64,000 nucleotides of DNA from Octopus sinensis (taxonomy: Eukaryota). The stretch is from positions 76,198,001 through 76,262,000 of the forward strand of contig NC_043002.1 in assembly GCF_006345805.1 (NCBI RefSeq), read 5' to 3'. The notes below the pieces were generated by a model that searched no databases, was not told the DNA's origin, and was given only the letters and a program-made list of their open reading frames with translations. Made by a program: the position numbers and the translations under genes. Positions 1 through 12,373 of the stretch are shown here, piece by piece; the first letter of the stretch is position 1; the number at the start of each line of letters is the position of its first letter.

Positions 1-1
1 G

Positions 2-377
2 TTCGGAAGTAATATAGACCCTTTAGGTGTTAAGATAGAATTCGACGATTTACCATCAGTCGTGGAGTACGAGGATCTGAAACTTTTGATGAACTGTCAT
101 AAAGAAATTTATCAAAAAGGAAAACAAATAATAAACTTTTAAAAAATAATGCTAAAAGGAAAAAACGAGAGAAAAAGAAAAACTTTTTAAAATTGTATGA
201 TTTAACTATAAAATGGTACTGCTTGAGGGCGGGGCTCATGCAACCATTTCATCATCATTTATTTTTATTACTTTTATATACATTTTTCATTCGTTTTATG
301 TCTTTGTCCCACTGTGGTGTTTTGTCTGTCCTTGTGCTGTACTCTCTGTGTTATGGCCGTAGTGCCAAATAAAGAAT
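2..377 (+). mobile_element. Possible 3' end of a LINE (C-terminal ORF remnant plus 3' UTR)
   Basis: Frame open from the window edge, 2-142 (FGSNIDPLGVKIEFDDLPSVVEYEDLKLLMNCHKEIYQKGKQIINF*), then a T-rich UTR-like tract ending at AATAAA (368-373). Architecture only; no diagnostic motif. Confidence 0.3.
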
Positions 378-640
378 AATCGTGTTGGTAATTAGTTCTC
401 TGTGAGCCATGACTGAGGACGGTGAGTTTCGTGTAACAGCGATCATATAGCGTCGTATAAATGCTTTCTTTCCCACTCCCTGATTCGTTAAATTATGTAT
501 CCAACATACAAGGATGTAAAACATACCAAATACTTATAATCTGTGAATTAGTAGCTCTAGTTCTAAGGATTTACTAGGCTTGGTGTGTATACAAACGGAT
601 CGTTTACTTGTTTCTCTGTGACTGGTCAAATTATATGTAT

Positions 641-677
641 ATCCTTGATGAGACCTCAATAAGGATCGAAAATCGGA
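641..677 (+). ncRNA. Degenerate minimal hammerhead-like motif (Penelope-type terminus)
   Basis: TCC-TTGATGA-GACCT caat AGGATC-GAAA-A-TC-GGA: U3-variant core, imperfect helix II, 3-bp helix I (TCC/GGA), damaged helix III. Confidence 0.4.
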
Positions 678-1493
678 AGTGTTAGAGATTGATAGAGACA
701 TAGATCTATAAATATATGTGGGTGTGTGTATGTGTATATATGAGTGACAGAGAGAGAGAGAGAGTCAGATAGATAGATAGACAGAGAGATAGAGAGAGAG
801 AGAAAGAGGGAGAGAGAGTTTTCTGTGTGTGGTTGATAATAGACAAATTAAGTAGTTTGAAAGACCTCTTTCAAAAAATATCATACTCTCACATGACAGA
901 TCATGGAGAAAGGATGTGACAGAATTCACGCTCCAGCCTATTATCCTATCATTTGTGTCCTTAGACTGAATCAGATATATACATCAATATTCCGTTGAAC
1001 CCTATGCTGCACACGTCTTATTCAGCTTAGAAACGATTCGAACTGTGAAACAGCGTGTCCAAAATGTTTCAATATTGGAACTGCTTTTATTGCTGCTAAA
1101 ATTAACACCTGCATGTATACAACCCACGTTCATACACAAATATGGAGAAGCACGTAAGTACACAAACAGAAGAAAGCAGACATTCACCCACATACATACG
1201 TACACAAACACGTGTGTATGTGGGCGTGTGTTTGTATTCACGTGTGTGTGTGTGTCTGTCTGTATGTGTGCATGTGTGCGTATGGCAAGATGTAAAGACA
1301 CCGAGTACAGTGACAAAAACAATCTCAACTTAATTCAAAACGATAACTCAATTAGAATATCGATCCATCTTTTTTTTCCAATATACATACATTGCACGTA
1401 TATAGAAATGAACAGTTGTATAAAAAATATTACACATACAACACACACAAACGTTGACATATATATATATATGAAAATATATATATGTATGTA

Positions 1494-1535
<42 letters not shown>

Positions 1536-1668
1536 CATATACATACATATAAAAAATATAAAATATAGGTATAACATACGTATAAACTAAATATAATATA
1601 GACATATATATATATGTGTGTGTGTGCGTGTAAATATAGGTAGATGTGTAATACAAATATGTATGGAT

Positions 1669-1702
<34 letters not shown>

Positions 1703-1863
1703 CACATACGTATATGTATTACACATATCACACACACATATATATATGTAATTGTGTGTGGTGTGTATAATATAAATATGTGTGCATGCATATATATGTA
1801 TATATATATAGATATACATACATATATACATATGCTTACGCATATAAAGATATATATATAAAT

Positions 1864-1894
<31 letters not shown>

Positions 1895-2067
1895 CATATA
1901 CGTATGTGTTTGCTGAATCATATGAAATTAATATTTAAATAATTGATGCTATAAAGTTTTTAAAATCGTACACACACACATGTATAACACCGAATGATGA
2001 TAAATCGATGCGTATACGCATATCTATACGTGTGGTGTATGTGTGTATGTGCTTGTGTTTGAGTGAG

Positions 2068-2105
<38 letters not shown>

Positions 2106-2451
2106 GTTCATGTGTGTGTTTTTCGCAGAGAGCGAAAGCAGGTTTTTCTTTGAAACATATCGTGATGAAAAACTATTTTCTGTGCCTAATGTGTTTTATT
2201 TTTAAAATTTCTAATTCCATGAGTATTTTTACTTGTTCCTCGAAATCAATCTCCTAATTTCGCATTTTCATCTCATCGAAGATTCCTGACGACATTACGG
2301 TAGTATTCCATAGAAGGAGAATGGTTTCTACGTTTGTTTCTTTGCTTACTTTATATATATATAGACATTGTAATTTCGATTCTGATTAGTTACAATAAAT
2401 ATCATAAGCAATATCATAGACGACTGTTCAGCACTACGTATATACGCCAAG

Positions 2452-2756
2452 TGCTGTCATTTTTTCAAACCTAGTCAGGCTCATGGGGTCGGTTTCCCGG
2501 TTTCTATGGCGTATGTGTTCCCCCCAGCTGGACGCGACGCCAGTCAATCGCAGCGTTATTCAAGAAACAGGAAGACAGAGTGAGAGAAAGTTCGGGCGAA
2601 AGTGTACAACAGGGGTCGCCACGACCCCGTGCCGGAGTTTCGTGGAGCTTTTGGTGTTTTTCGCTCAATAAACACATACAACGCCCGGTCTGTGAATCGA
2701 AACCGCAATCCTCCGACCGCGAGTCCGCTGCCATAACTACTGGGCCATTGCGCCTC
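2452..2756 (-). mobile_element. tRNA-derived SINE (family C)
   Basis: The minus strand reads GGCGCAATGGCCCAGTAGTTATGGCAGCGGACTCGCGGTCGGAGGATTGCGGTTTCGATTC (A/B-box head). Homologous to 45225-45510 and 26269-26574. Confidence 0.85.
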
Positions 2757-3147
2757 CCAAGTCCTGTCATAACGTCGAGTTATTTGGAACTGCTTGGTCT
2801 AGTGGTTCGCGTATTCGGTTCATGCTCATAAGATCATGGGTTCAATTCCTGAACCGCTCGGAGCATTTTCATCTTGATCTAAACACATAATTTAATGTTG
2901 TTAAAATGAGCAACAACTGCTGTCTGCTTCCAGCAGTCAGATTCTGTATGTTCTGTACCTTTAGGTCATAGGTGAAGGGGTTGAAAGGATATCTAGGTGA
3001 GCTCGTGACTACCTAGGCACAGAAAACAATAAATTATGGCATGATACGTTACCAAGCCATATTCACTCGCGAGTGACTGCTAGCTGTAATTATATTCAGA
3101 TATTTGAACACTTGGATTCGCCCTGTACCAAAGACAACGAATATTTT

Positions 3148-3350
3148 ATACTCTTTTACTTGTTTCAGTTATTTAACTGCGATCATGATGGAGCACTGCC
3201 TTTAATCGAGCAATTCAACACCAGGTCTTATTCCTTGTAAGCCTAGTACTTATTCAATCGGGCTCTTTTGCCGAGCAGCTAAGTTACGGGGGCGTAAACA
3301 CACCGACATCGGTTGTCAAGCGATTGTGGGGCGACAAACACAGACACACA
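3148..3350 (-). mobile_element. SINE family D, 3' half
   Basis: TACTCTTTTACTTGTTTCAG...CAAGCGAT matches the 3' part of the copy at 47321-47745. Confidence 0.8.
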
Positions 3351-3723
3351 GTTTTAGACGCAGCAAATGATTTTAGCTCAATAGAGGCGATTGATTGGTT
3401 AAAATTCGAATAATTAAACTACGTTAAACTTGCAAATTACAATTTTCTCAAGAAAGTCAAGAGAAAAAATATTTTATTTTGACACATTCTACCAGTATAC
3501 GAAGTTTAAAAGTGTTTAGTTAACTAGAAATTGTGTTGAAAACTGCCGTTCAAAAGGGAAAGATCTCAACAACCTCCTAAGCAGATCGAGTGCAGATATA
3601 AGCAGCATATGGAACCGGTGTGAAGGAAGGATAGAAAAAAGCCCTAAAGCCCTAAAATTCACTCCATAATTGCCCACTACTAACCCCAAGATTCCGAGAT
3701 CGATTCCAAGCAGTGACCTGAAC

Positions 3724-3774
<51 letters not shown>

Positions 3775-3778
<4 letters not shown>

Positions 3779-3920
3779 TTGAAAAATACCTTAGGAATGA
3801 GAACCCAGGTTCGAAATTTCCCCAAGTCACCAGAAGAAGGCTGGAGGGTATATCAGCCGAAACGTTGTGTTAACAACAAACAAGATGAGGACAAATATCC
3901 GTCGAATGTAAATAATGTAA
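3775..3920 (+). mobile_element. Penelope-like terminal repeat fragment following (AAT)n
   Basis: AACATTGAAAAATACCTTAGG...GGCTGGAGGGTATATCAGCCGAAACGTTGTG contains a hammerhead-like fold typical of PLE pseudo-LTRs. Preceded by (AAT)n at 3722-3777. Confidence 0.6.
3826..3871 (+). ncRNA. Minimal type I hammerhead-like motif with a core substitution
   Basis: GTCAC-CAGAAGA-A-GGCTG gagggtatat CAGCC-GAAA-CG-TT^GTGTT: perfect 5-bp helix II, GAAA, palindromic AACGTT mini helix III, helix I GTCAC/GTGTT. The core reads CAGAAGA instead of CUGANGA. Confidence 0.6.
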
Positions 3921-4020
3921 TGTTACTTAGAGTTTCACGTTCTCGTTCGTCGGACATTCATTGTGATGAACATATTCCTCAAATTGTTCGACGAACGGGA
4001 ACGTGAAACTTTGAGTAACA
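3921..4020 (+). repeat. 36-bp-stem inverted repeat (hairpin or MITE-like)
   Basis: Arms 3921-3956 and 3985-4020 are reverse complements with 4 transition mismatches; the loop is 28 nt. Confidence 0.9.
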
Positions 4021-4056
4021 GTTTTGAGAAAGTTTTGCAGTTTTAAAAAATATACG

Positions 4057-4176
<120 letters not shown>

Positions 4177-5252
4177 TAAACAAAGTATGACTTGCACAAT
4201 TTCTGGTCCAGCTATTTCTCTGTATATTGTATCATAAATCATAAAAAATTTGTCCTCGAGCCTTCTTCACCTGATCGTGTAGTATCTCACCGTGATAACG
4301 ACATTAATTCGACCCAATGTATAGTAATTCTCTGTCAATAATCGGACACGTTTAGCGGAATGAAATGCTGTACGGCGTCTAATTTCGAGTTTTCAATTTT
4401 TCAGCTCAAATTGCGTAATGATCAATGAAATAAGATTCATTTGATTTTGTAATAGAAACTGAATAAAAGATCGAAGAGCGAGAGGCAGAAGGGTATGTGT
4501 GCGTGAATGTGTATTTATGTGTACGTATTTGTAGGCATGTAGTGTGCGTGTATGTGTGTGTATGTGAGAGAGAATGCGTGTGTGTGCTTGTACGCGTGTG
4601 TACGTACGAGTACCTGCTAGAGGTAAAAAAGAAAAACACGTATCTTCTGAAACGAAAGTTAATAGGTGATAGTTTAGAACTGATTGCTCAAACATAATTA
4701 CTAAAGACACTGACACAACAAAACACAACACAACACAACACACACACACACATGCACACACACACACCGCAATACTATACATTAACAAATCACATGTACA
4801 GACGCGGAAATACGCACATACACGTACACGCGTCATGAAGAATATTTTAAATTTTTCTCCCAGGACAGTTGCCACTTCAATGGAGTGTTTTGTTTGTTTT
4901 GTTTTTTTTTTGTTTTTTGTTGTTTTTTTTCAATTACACTGTAAAATGACAACAAATAATAACATCAACAACTCCAAAGACAATAATAGCAACAACTACA
5001 ATGACGACAACGATGAAAACAACAACAACAACAACAACTACTACTACTACTACTACTACTACTACAAATACTACTACTACTACTACTACTACAAATACTA
5101 CTACTACTACTACTACTACAAGACTATCTTACAGCGATAGCGATTACTGGAGACAAAAGTATGGGAGTAGCAACATAAAAAACATAATTTGATAGAAAAC
5201 CGTGAATGTGTGTGAGCGTGTTTGCGTATGTGTGTGTGTGTGTACATACATA

Positions 5253-5485
5253 CAGGGTTGGCCAAAAGTCACCTGACAGTAAACGAAAACCATTTAATTC
5301 CAAGATTTATGTATGTTTAACAAATGAGTGAATTTAATAAAAGCATCTAAATATGAAACATCATGAAAATTGTTCAAACTGAAGTCCTTCTTGAACGACA
5401 CATTTTTCCATTCGACTCTATACAGAGTTACAGATAGTATTTCTGGAATTTTGATTTACTGTCGGGTGACTTCTGGCCAACCCTG
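5253..5485. mobile_element. Tc1/mariner-type MITE
   Basis: TIRs of about 31 bp (CAGGGTTGGCCAAAAGTCACCTGACAGTAAA / TTTACTGTCGGGTGACTTCTGGCCAACCCTG) flanked by TA on both sides; 233 bp, non-coding. Confidence 0.92.
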
Positions 5486-5492
5486 TATGTGA

Positions 5493-5810
5493 ACGCGCGT
5501 GGCTCAGAGGTTAAAGTATTCAACACGCGATTGTGAGGTCGCACTTCGGCTCCCAGCGCGTCGCAATTTTGAGCAAATCACTTTATTCCACATCGCTTCA
5601 GTTCACTCAGATAGCAAAATTGAGTTATATCTGTAATTTTAAAGAATTAGCCTTATCGCATTCTGTGTCACGCCGAATCTCAATGAAGACTACGATAAGC
5701 GTATGCATATCTGTGGAGTACTCAGCCACTTGCACGTTAATCTCACGCGAAATCTCTTTTCTAGAACGAATAAACTGGAGCATCCGCCACCGTAACCGAA
5801 GTGGTGCCAT
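5493..5810 (+). mobile_element. tRNA-derived SINE (family B), diverged
   Basis: Head GCGCGTGGCTCAGAGGTT, TTGAGCAA central block and tail GTGGAGTACTCAGCCACTTGCACGTTAAT, shared with 7843-8157 and 18173-18501. Confidence 0.8.
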
Positions 5811-6193
5811 CTTTGTTCACAAAAATATACACATACGTATGTATGTATTTACATTCGCGCACACACACACATACACACGCACACACATGTCTGGGGAGAG
5901 TCATTTTCTTTATGGGCCTTATAATTTAACACGCTCGCCAGTAAAATTTCCATTTATTCCTTACTTTTATTTTCCTAAAAGGATTAGCCTTATCACATTA
6001 GTCAAGACAATTGAAAAGATGCAAGGCGCAACGAAAATTTTAGGAAAATTAAAATAAGGAATCAGTGGAAATTTTACTGGTGAGTGTGTTAAATTATAAG
6101 GCATAAAGAGAAAATTACTCTACCCAGACACAACAGAATATGCTTCAACACAAAAACTCACATAAAGAATCTTGCAAACCAAATCCAAAAACG

Positions 6194-6257
<64 letters not shown>

Positions 6258-6260
<3 letters not shown>

Positions 6261-7136
6261 GGTCCGGGTTGAGTCGGGGTTAACCACAGTAAATAAGGTA
6301 CTCAATACATAGCAGAGTAAATTAATTTATTTTATAGAAGGAGCTTCTACAGGACTAGAACTGTTTCATTCAAATGAAATCATCAGGAATATATATATAT
6401 TCCACTTGTTTACATTTTGAATGGCGGTGCCCCAGCATGGCCACAGCTCGTGAGCTGAAACTAGATGAAAATGAAAATATACTCTTTTACTTGTTTCAGT
6501 CATTTGACTGCGGCCATGCTAGAGCACCGCCTTTAGTCGAGCAAATCGACTTGTTCTTTGTAAGCCTAGTACTTATTGTATCGGTCACTTTTGCCAAACC
6601 GCTAAGTTAGGGGGACGTAAACACACCAGCATCGGTTGTCAAGCGATATTGTGGGGGGAACACACACACACACACACACACAACACACACACACATACAC
6701 ACACACACTCATATATATATATATATATATATATGTAGGTCCCGGGTTGAGTCGGGGTTAACCACAGTAAATAAGGTACTCAATACATAGCAGAGTAAAT
6801 TAATTTATTTTATAGAAGGAGCTTCTACAGGACTAGAACTGTTTCATTCAAATGAAATCATCAGGAATATATATATATTCCACTTGTTTACATTTTGAAT
6901 GGCGGTGCCCCAGCATGGCCACAGCTCGTGAGCTGAAACTAGATGAAAATGAAAATATACTCTTTTACTTGTTTCAGTCATTTGACTGCGGCCATGCTAG
7001 AGCACCGCCTTTAGTCGAGCAAATCGACTTGTTCTTTGTAAGCCTAGTACTTATTGTATCGGTCACTTTTGCCAAACCGCTAAGTTAGGGGGACGTAAAC
7101 ACACCAGCATCGGTTGTCAAGCGATATTGTGGGGGG

Positions 7137-7177
<41 letters not shown>

Positions 7178-7205
7178 ACACACACTCATATATATATATA
7201 TATAT
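6258..7205. repeat. Near-identical tandem duplication of a ~478-bp unit
   Basis: 6258-6734 and 6735-7205 differ only by a 1-bp indel (GGTCC vs GGTCCC) and microsatellite length; the boundaries lie in (TA)n. Confidence 0.95.
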
Positions 7206-7352
7206 AAAGTATACGACGGGCTTCTTTCAATTTCTATCTACCAAATCCACTTACAAGGCTTTGGCCGGCCCGAGGCTATAGTAGAATACACTTGCCCAAG
7301 GTACCACGCAGTGGGACCGAACCCGGAACCATGTGGTTGTTAAGCAAGCTAT
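6958..7352 (-). mobile_element. SINE family D with internal (TA)n/(CA)n
   Basis: The minus strand has head AACCACATGGTTCCGGGTTCGGTCCCACTGCGTGG, an internal microsatellite and the CAAGTAAAAGAGTA tail. Confidence 0.85.
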
Positions 7353-7484
7353 TTATATATTTATATATTTGTGTGTGTATGGTGTATATATATATATGAG
7401 CGTTCAGTTTTCGTTCATAAATGATTATTTATACCTGCATAAATGATTTAGTTTTAGTGTTCATCTGTATGTAGTGTACAATGG

Positions 7485-8157
7485 CCCAATGGCTGGGGCA
7501 GCAGACTCGCGATCGTAGGACCGCGGTTTCGATTCCCAGACCGGGCATTGTGAGTGTTTATTGAGCGAAAACACCTAAAGCTCTTTCACCACAACTTTGT
7601 CTCATTCTATCTTCCTGTTTCTATTGTACCTGTATTTCAAGGGGCCAACTTTGTCACACACTGAGTCACGCTGAATCTCCCCGAGAACTACGTTAAGGGT
7701 ACGCGTGTCTGTGGAGAGCTCAGCCACTTACACATTAATTTCACGAACAGAATGTCTTGTTGATCGGATCAACTGAATACCGCGATAAATGCATATTTGT
7801 ATACACATATATGTATGTGTGTGTGTGTGTGAGCGCGTCCATGAAGGCGCGTGCCTTGGTGGTTAGGGTGTTCTGTTCGTGATCACAAGGTTGTGAGTTC
7901 AATTCCTGGTGACGCGTGTCTCCTTGAGCAAAACACTTTATTTCACATTGTCCCCTCAGCTGGCAAAAATGAGTCGCACCTGTAATTCAAAGGGCCAGCC
8001 TTGTCACCTTCTGTGTCACGCTGAATCTCCCTGAGAACTACGTTAAAAGTAGACGTGTCTGTGGAGTACTCAGCCACTTGCACGTTAATTTCAGGAGCAG
8101 GCAGTTCCATTGAACGGGTGAACTGGAACCCTTGTCGTCATAACTGACCGAGTGCCA
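7485..8157 (+). mobile_element. Two SINEs: C-head/B-tail chimera (7485-7780) and family B (7843-8157)
   Basis: A/B-box heads TGGCCCAATGG...GGTTTCGATTCC and GTGCCTTGGTGG...GAGTTCAATTCC; shared tail AAGGGCCAGCCTTGTCAC...GAATCTCCCTGAGAACTACGTTAA. Confidence 0.85.
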
Positions 8158-8929
8158 CATATGTACATGCATACATACACTTCTAAATAATAGGCTCTCC
8201 CATCGATGACAATATGAGTGTTCAGTTTTCGTTGACCTACCTGCAAAAATGATTTATTTATATTGATCATCTGTTTCGCTGTACATTAAATCACTCCCTC
8301 CACTACTAAATCGACGTTGTCTGAAGAGGTTCCACACGAATAGATTTATATTAACCTCTTCCCCACAAAATAAAAGAAAATAATTACTTCCAGGAAATCA
8401 TCGTGGATAAAAGAAAGAATATACTTTCTCACGATAACAAGTTTTCGCGTCTTAAAATATGCACTGAGGATTGACAAGAAAACATGCATCGACGCTCGGG
8501 TATGGGTGCAGTCCAATGAATTAAACCAGTAAAAATGTATTTACAAAGGTATGTCAATGTGTATGTGTGGTAGTGAGTATGTATGGTAGTGAATATGTTT
8601 GCATTTACACTCGTCAACGTTTACAATCACATCAACACATTTATGATTTTTTACTATTCTTACCTCTAGCAATGCTGTTTGCAAATAACTGTTTGCAAAT
8701 TTCTGTTTCGTCTTTATTTATGTGTGACACCTGTCCACAAGATCTATACAATAAAATAAATACTCCAATTTGGCTTTTATGTATGCAAGTATGTATGTGT
8801 GTGTGTGTGTGTTTTCATACATACTTACATATGTATAATTGACACACACGCAAACATATGCATATATACTGAGAGATATACATATACATACATATATATA
8901 TATATATATATGCATATATATGTGCCTAC

Positions 8930-9018
<89 letters not shown>

Positions 9019-9107
9019 GTGTGTGTATAATTATATATATATATACGTGTGTGTATGCATACATATAAATACATACATACATACATGCATACATATATAT
9101 ATATATT

Positions 9108-9139
<32 letters not shown>

Positions 9140-10075
9140 AATGTATGTATAATCACACATATTCATATGCTAACAGAAGCTTTGTCGTATACATACATAC
9201 ACATTTGTGTTTGTGATCTGTCACCTCTCATAAATATTCAAATGGTTATTGGTTTTGTCGGTTGTTTAGATCAACTTCCGGTGATTCAGTGTAACAATGC
9301 TGTTCCTCGCATTATCTCCCTTCTCCATCCTCCATCCTCCATCTTTTTCACACTGTCCTCAACCTATCTTAGTGTTCCATTCAAGCGTACCATTGATAAA
9401 ATACTGTCCTGTCTTTATTCTTTTTTATTGTATCACTATTTGATGAGACTTTAGGATCATTTCACTGAGATGAATCAATGACAATCATAGGTCTGTGGTA
9501 GGTTTTCAGTTATGTTTTACTTGGTATTTTTGTCTGTTTATGTATTTATGTTTTTTTATTTATTTATTATCAAGTGTATGTGATGAAGGAGGGATTTTGG
9601 TGTTGTTGCCTTTTTCTAGATTGCTTCTTTTTTTATTATTTTTATTTCTTCTATAACAATTAATGGAGTGTACTATTTATTGCTTCGAGTCGTTCTTTCT
9701 TTCTCTTTTTCTTTCATCTCTCTCCCTTTCATTGAATTTTGTTCATTGTCTCTCACTCTCTCTCTCATCTCTTTCTCCCCCCCTCTCTCTCTCTTTCTTT
9801 CGCTATCTCTCCTTTTCTGTCAGTCTCTTTATCTCTTTATATACCTAGCTATTTAGATATCTCTAATTGTCACTCTCTCTATTAATGTGAAATGCTTTTG
9901 CAATTTATATTTATATATATATAGTCATATATACATATATACACACACACACAAACACACATGCACACACTCATACACATATACATATATACTTATTTAT
10001 TTATATGTATGCATATATGTATGTACATTTATACATACATAAACACACACGCACGCACACAGACACACAGACACA

Positions 10076-10141
<66 letters not shown>

Positions 10142-10146
10142 TATAT

Positions 10147-10179
<33 letters not shown>

Positions 10180-10194
10180 CATATATATACACAG

Positions 10195-10271
<77 letters not shown>

Positions 10272-10818
10272 TAAAATGACAGTACTTTCGACTAGTATGC
10301 GTCAGACGGTAACTCTCCTCAATCAGGGTTCAACTTAGGCCAAACAGCAACTACAATTACAACCGCAACAACAATAACCTTAAGGTTATCTTTTCTGCAT
10401 CTTTAGGTTTTATACGCCCCTCCTTACGTTATGTGTGTGTGTGTGTATGTATGTTTGTATGTATTTATGTATGTATGTGTATTGGGAAACTTTCTTGAGT
10501 GGGACATCAAATTTCGCTTTGCGGCTTATTCAACCAGCTGAATAAACCGTTTATGAACTTCGACTTAAATTCAGCACTGTATTGAATTATTCCAATTAGT
10601 AAACGTCCCGTTCTTTTTACTTAAACTAGCATCGAATAACTTTATTTTTACGCTTATACACATACAAACACACACACGCGTACACATAAACACACAACGC
10701 GTATGATATGTGCATATGTTTGTATGTACGCATATATCTATTTATCTATCAATCTATCTAACTATATATATATATTTATACATATATATACATATATTCG
10801 TATATATGTATATGTATC

Positions 10819-10884
<66 letters not shown>

Positions 10885-10970
10885 AAATATACAATATATA
10901 TGCAAACGCATACATATGTACAAACATACTTATATATAAACATACACACACATACATATGTGTGTGTGTG

Positions 10971-11007
<37 letters not shown>

Positions 11008-11011
<4 letters not shown>

Positions 11012-11194
11012 TTAAAATTTATAGAAAAGCAAAAGACGAAGATAGGAGTATGAACAACAAGCAAGTGTATTAGCTTGACGCTCGGGAAAAATGAAAAATC
11101 TTTTACGTTTCGAGCCTACGCTTTTTAGCAGATGAGAGTAAGGGAAAAGAAAGAGAATAAAACAAACTTGCTGATTTCAGTGTTCCACCATGGC

Positions 11195-11205
<11 letters not shown>
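11008..11205 (-). mobile_element. Penelope-type terminal repeat with a decayed hammerhead-like motif
   Basis: The minus strand at 11098-11135 reads CTGCTAAAA-AGC gtag GCT-CGAAA-CG-TA-AAAGA. Homologous to 37360-37520 (minus) and 37090-37210 (plus). Confidence 0.55.
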
Positions 11206-11240
<35 letters not shown>

Positions 11241-11253
11241 TATATATATATAT

Positions 11254-11335
<82 letters not shown>

Positions 11336-11336
11336 G

Positions 11337-11372
<36 letters not shown>

Positions 11373-11759
11373 TGCATACATATATACACAAGCACAAAAA
11401 TACACATATGTATATATGCAGTATGCATATATGTATGTATGTATGTATCCATTTGAGGCACGTTTCACAAATAAGTTCCTCATTTCGTCCTCAAAAGAAA
11501 GGTGTTACATTCTGTCCAACACGTATAATAAACTCTGCACCGTCTCTTCTTTGTTCAAGACTTTTAGCTTCCCTCAAGTCCTCTGTGTCTGGAGTCCAGA
11601 AGTACCAATTAACATTCGGAATGTGTCTCAGACATCTTTAATGGAAGAGTAATTCCGCAATTCTTTATCCTATATCTATAATGATAATACACACGTACAT
11701 ATTTAACTTCTTTGACATAATATTCACGGGATGTACCAGCTTGAAAACGAACGATTACC

Positions 11760-12290
11760 GTAAACGTAGACGAACGCCATGAAAATAAAGGAATAACAAG
11801 AAGACAAATGAATGCTACGGCGGGAAATGAATGTCATGAAAATATATGAAGGCGATGAAGATAAACAGGTGATATGAAGTCAGGATGCGTTCTATGATTA
11901 TAAATGAATGCTTTAAACTTAAACGAATGGCAATGGAACTAGATGAATACTATGACAATGAATGAATGTCATGAAAATAAATTATATATATAAAGGCAAA
12001 TGAATGCTATGGATGCTTTGAAAGTAAATGAACGTCAAGAAAATAGATGATTGCAAGGAAGATAAATGCATGCTATGTAGACAAATGATTGTAAATGTCA
12101 ACAATGTAAACAAACGTCATGAAGATAAATTGATATTGGTATTTTTAAAACAAATGTCTGTCTTGAACAGAAATGAATGCTATGAACATAAATGTTAGAT
12201 TTTGGAAAGAATAAATAAAATAAAGGTCTTGAAATTTAATGACTCGTTTGAAAATAAATGAATGTTATAGATACAAATGAAAACAAATAT
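11760..12290. repeat. Old degenerate minisatellite with an ~18-22 bp unit (AAATGAATGCTATGAAGAT-like)
   Basis: Recurrent AAATGAATGCTA, AATGAATGTCATGAAAATA and related units throughout the interval. Confidence 0.7.
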
Positions 12291-12373
12291 TAAGCGAAAT
12301 TAATAAAATAAAAAGGAAATCTGTACATAGTGAAATTTTATTCTCTCTGCTTACTTTGCCAATAGTTTTTAAT

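Noticed and set aside
6374-7088. Identical 78-aa ORF present twice
   Set aside because: It lies in SINE D and PLE-terminus sequence within the tandem duplication.
11440-11650. Minus-strand frame CLRHIPNVNWYFWTPDTEDLREAK...
   Set aside because: Short, with weak splice signals and no recognisable motif.
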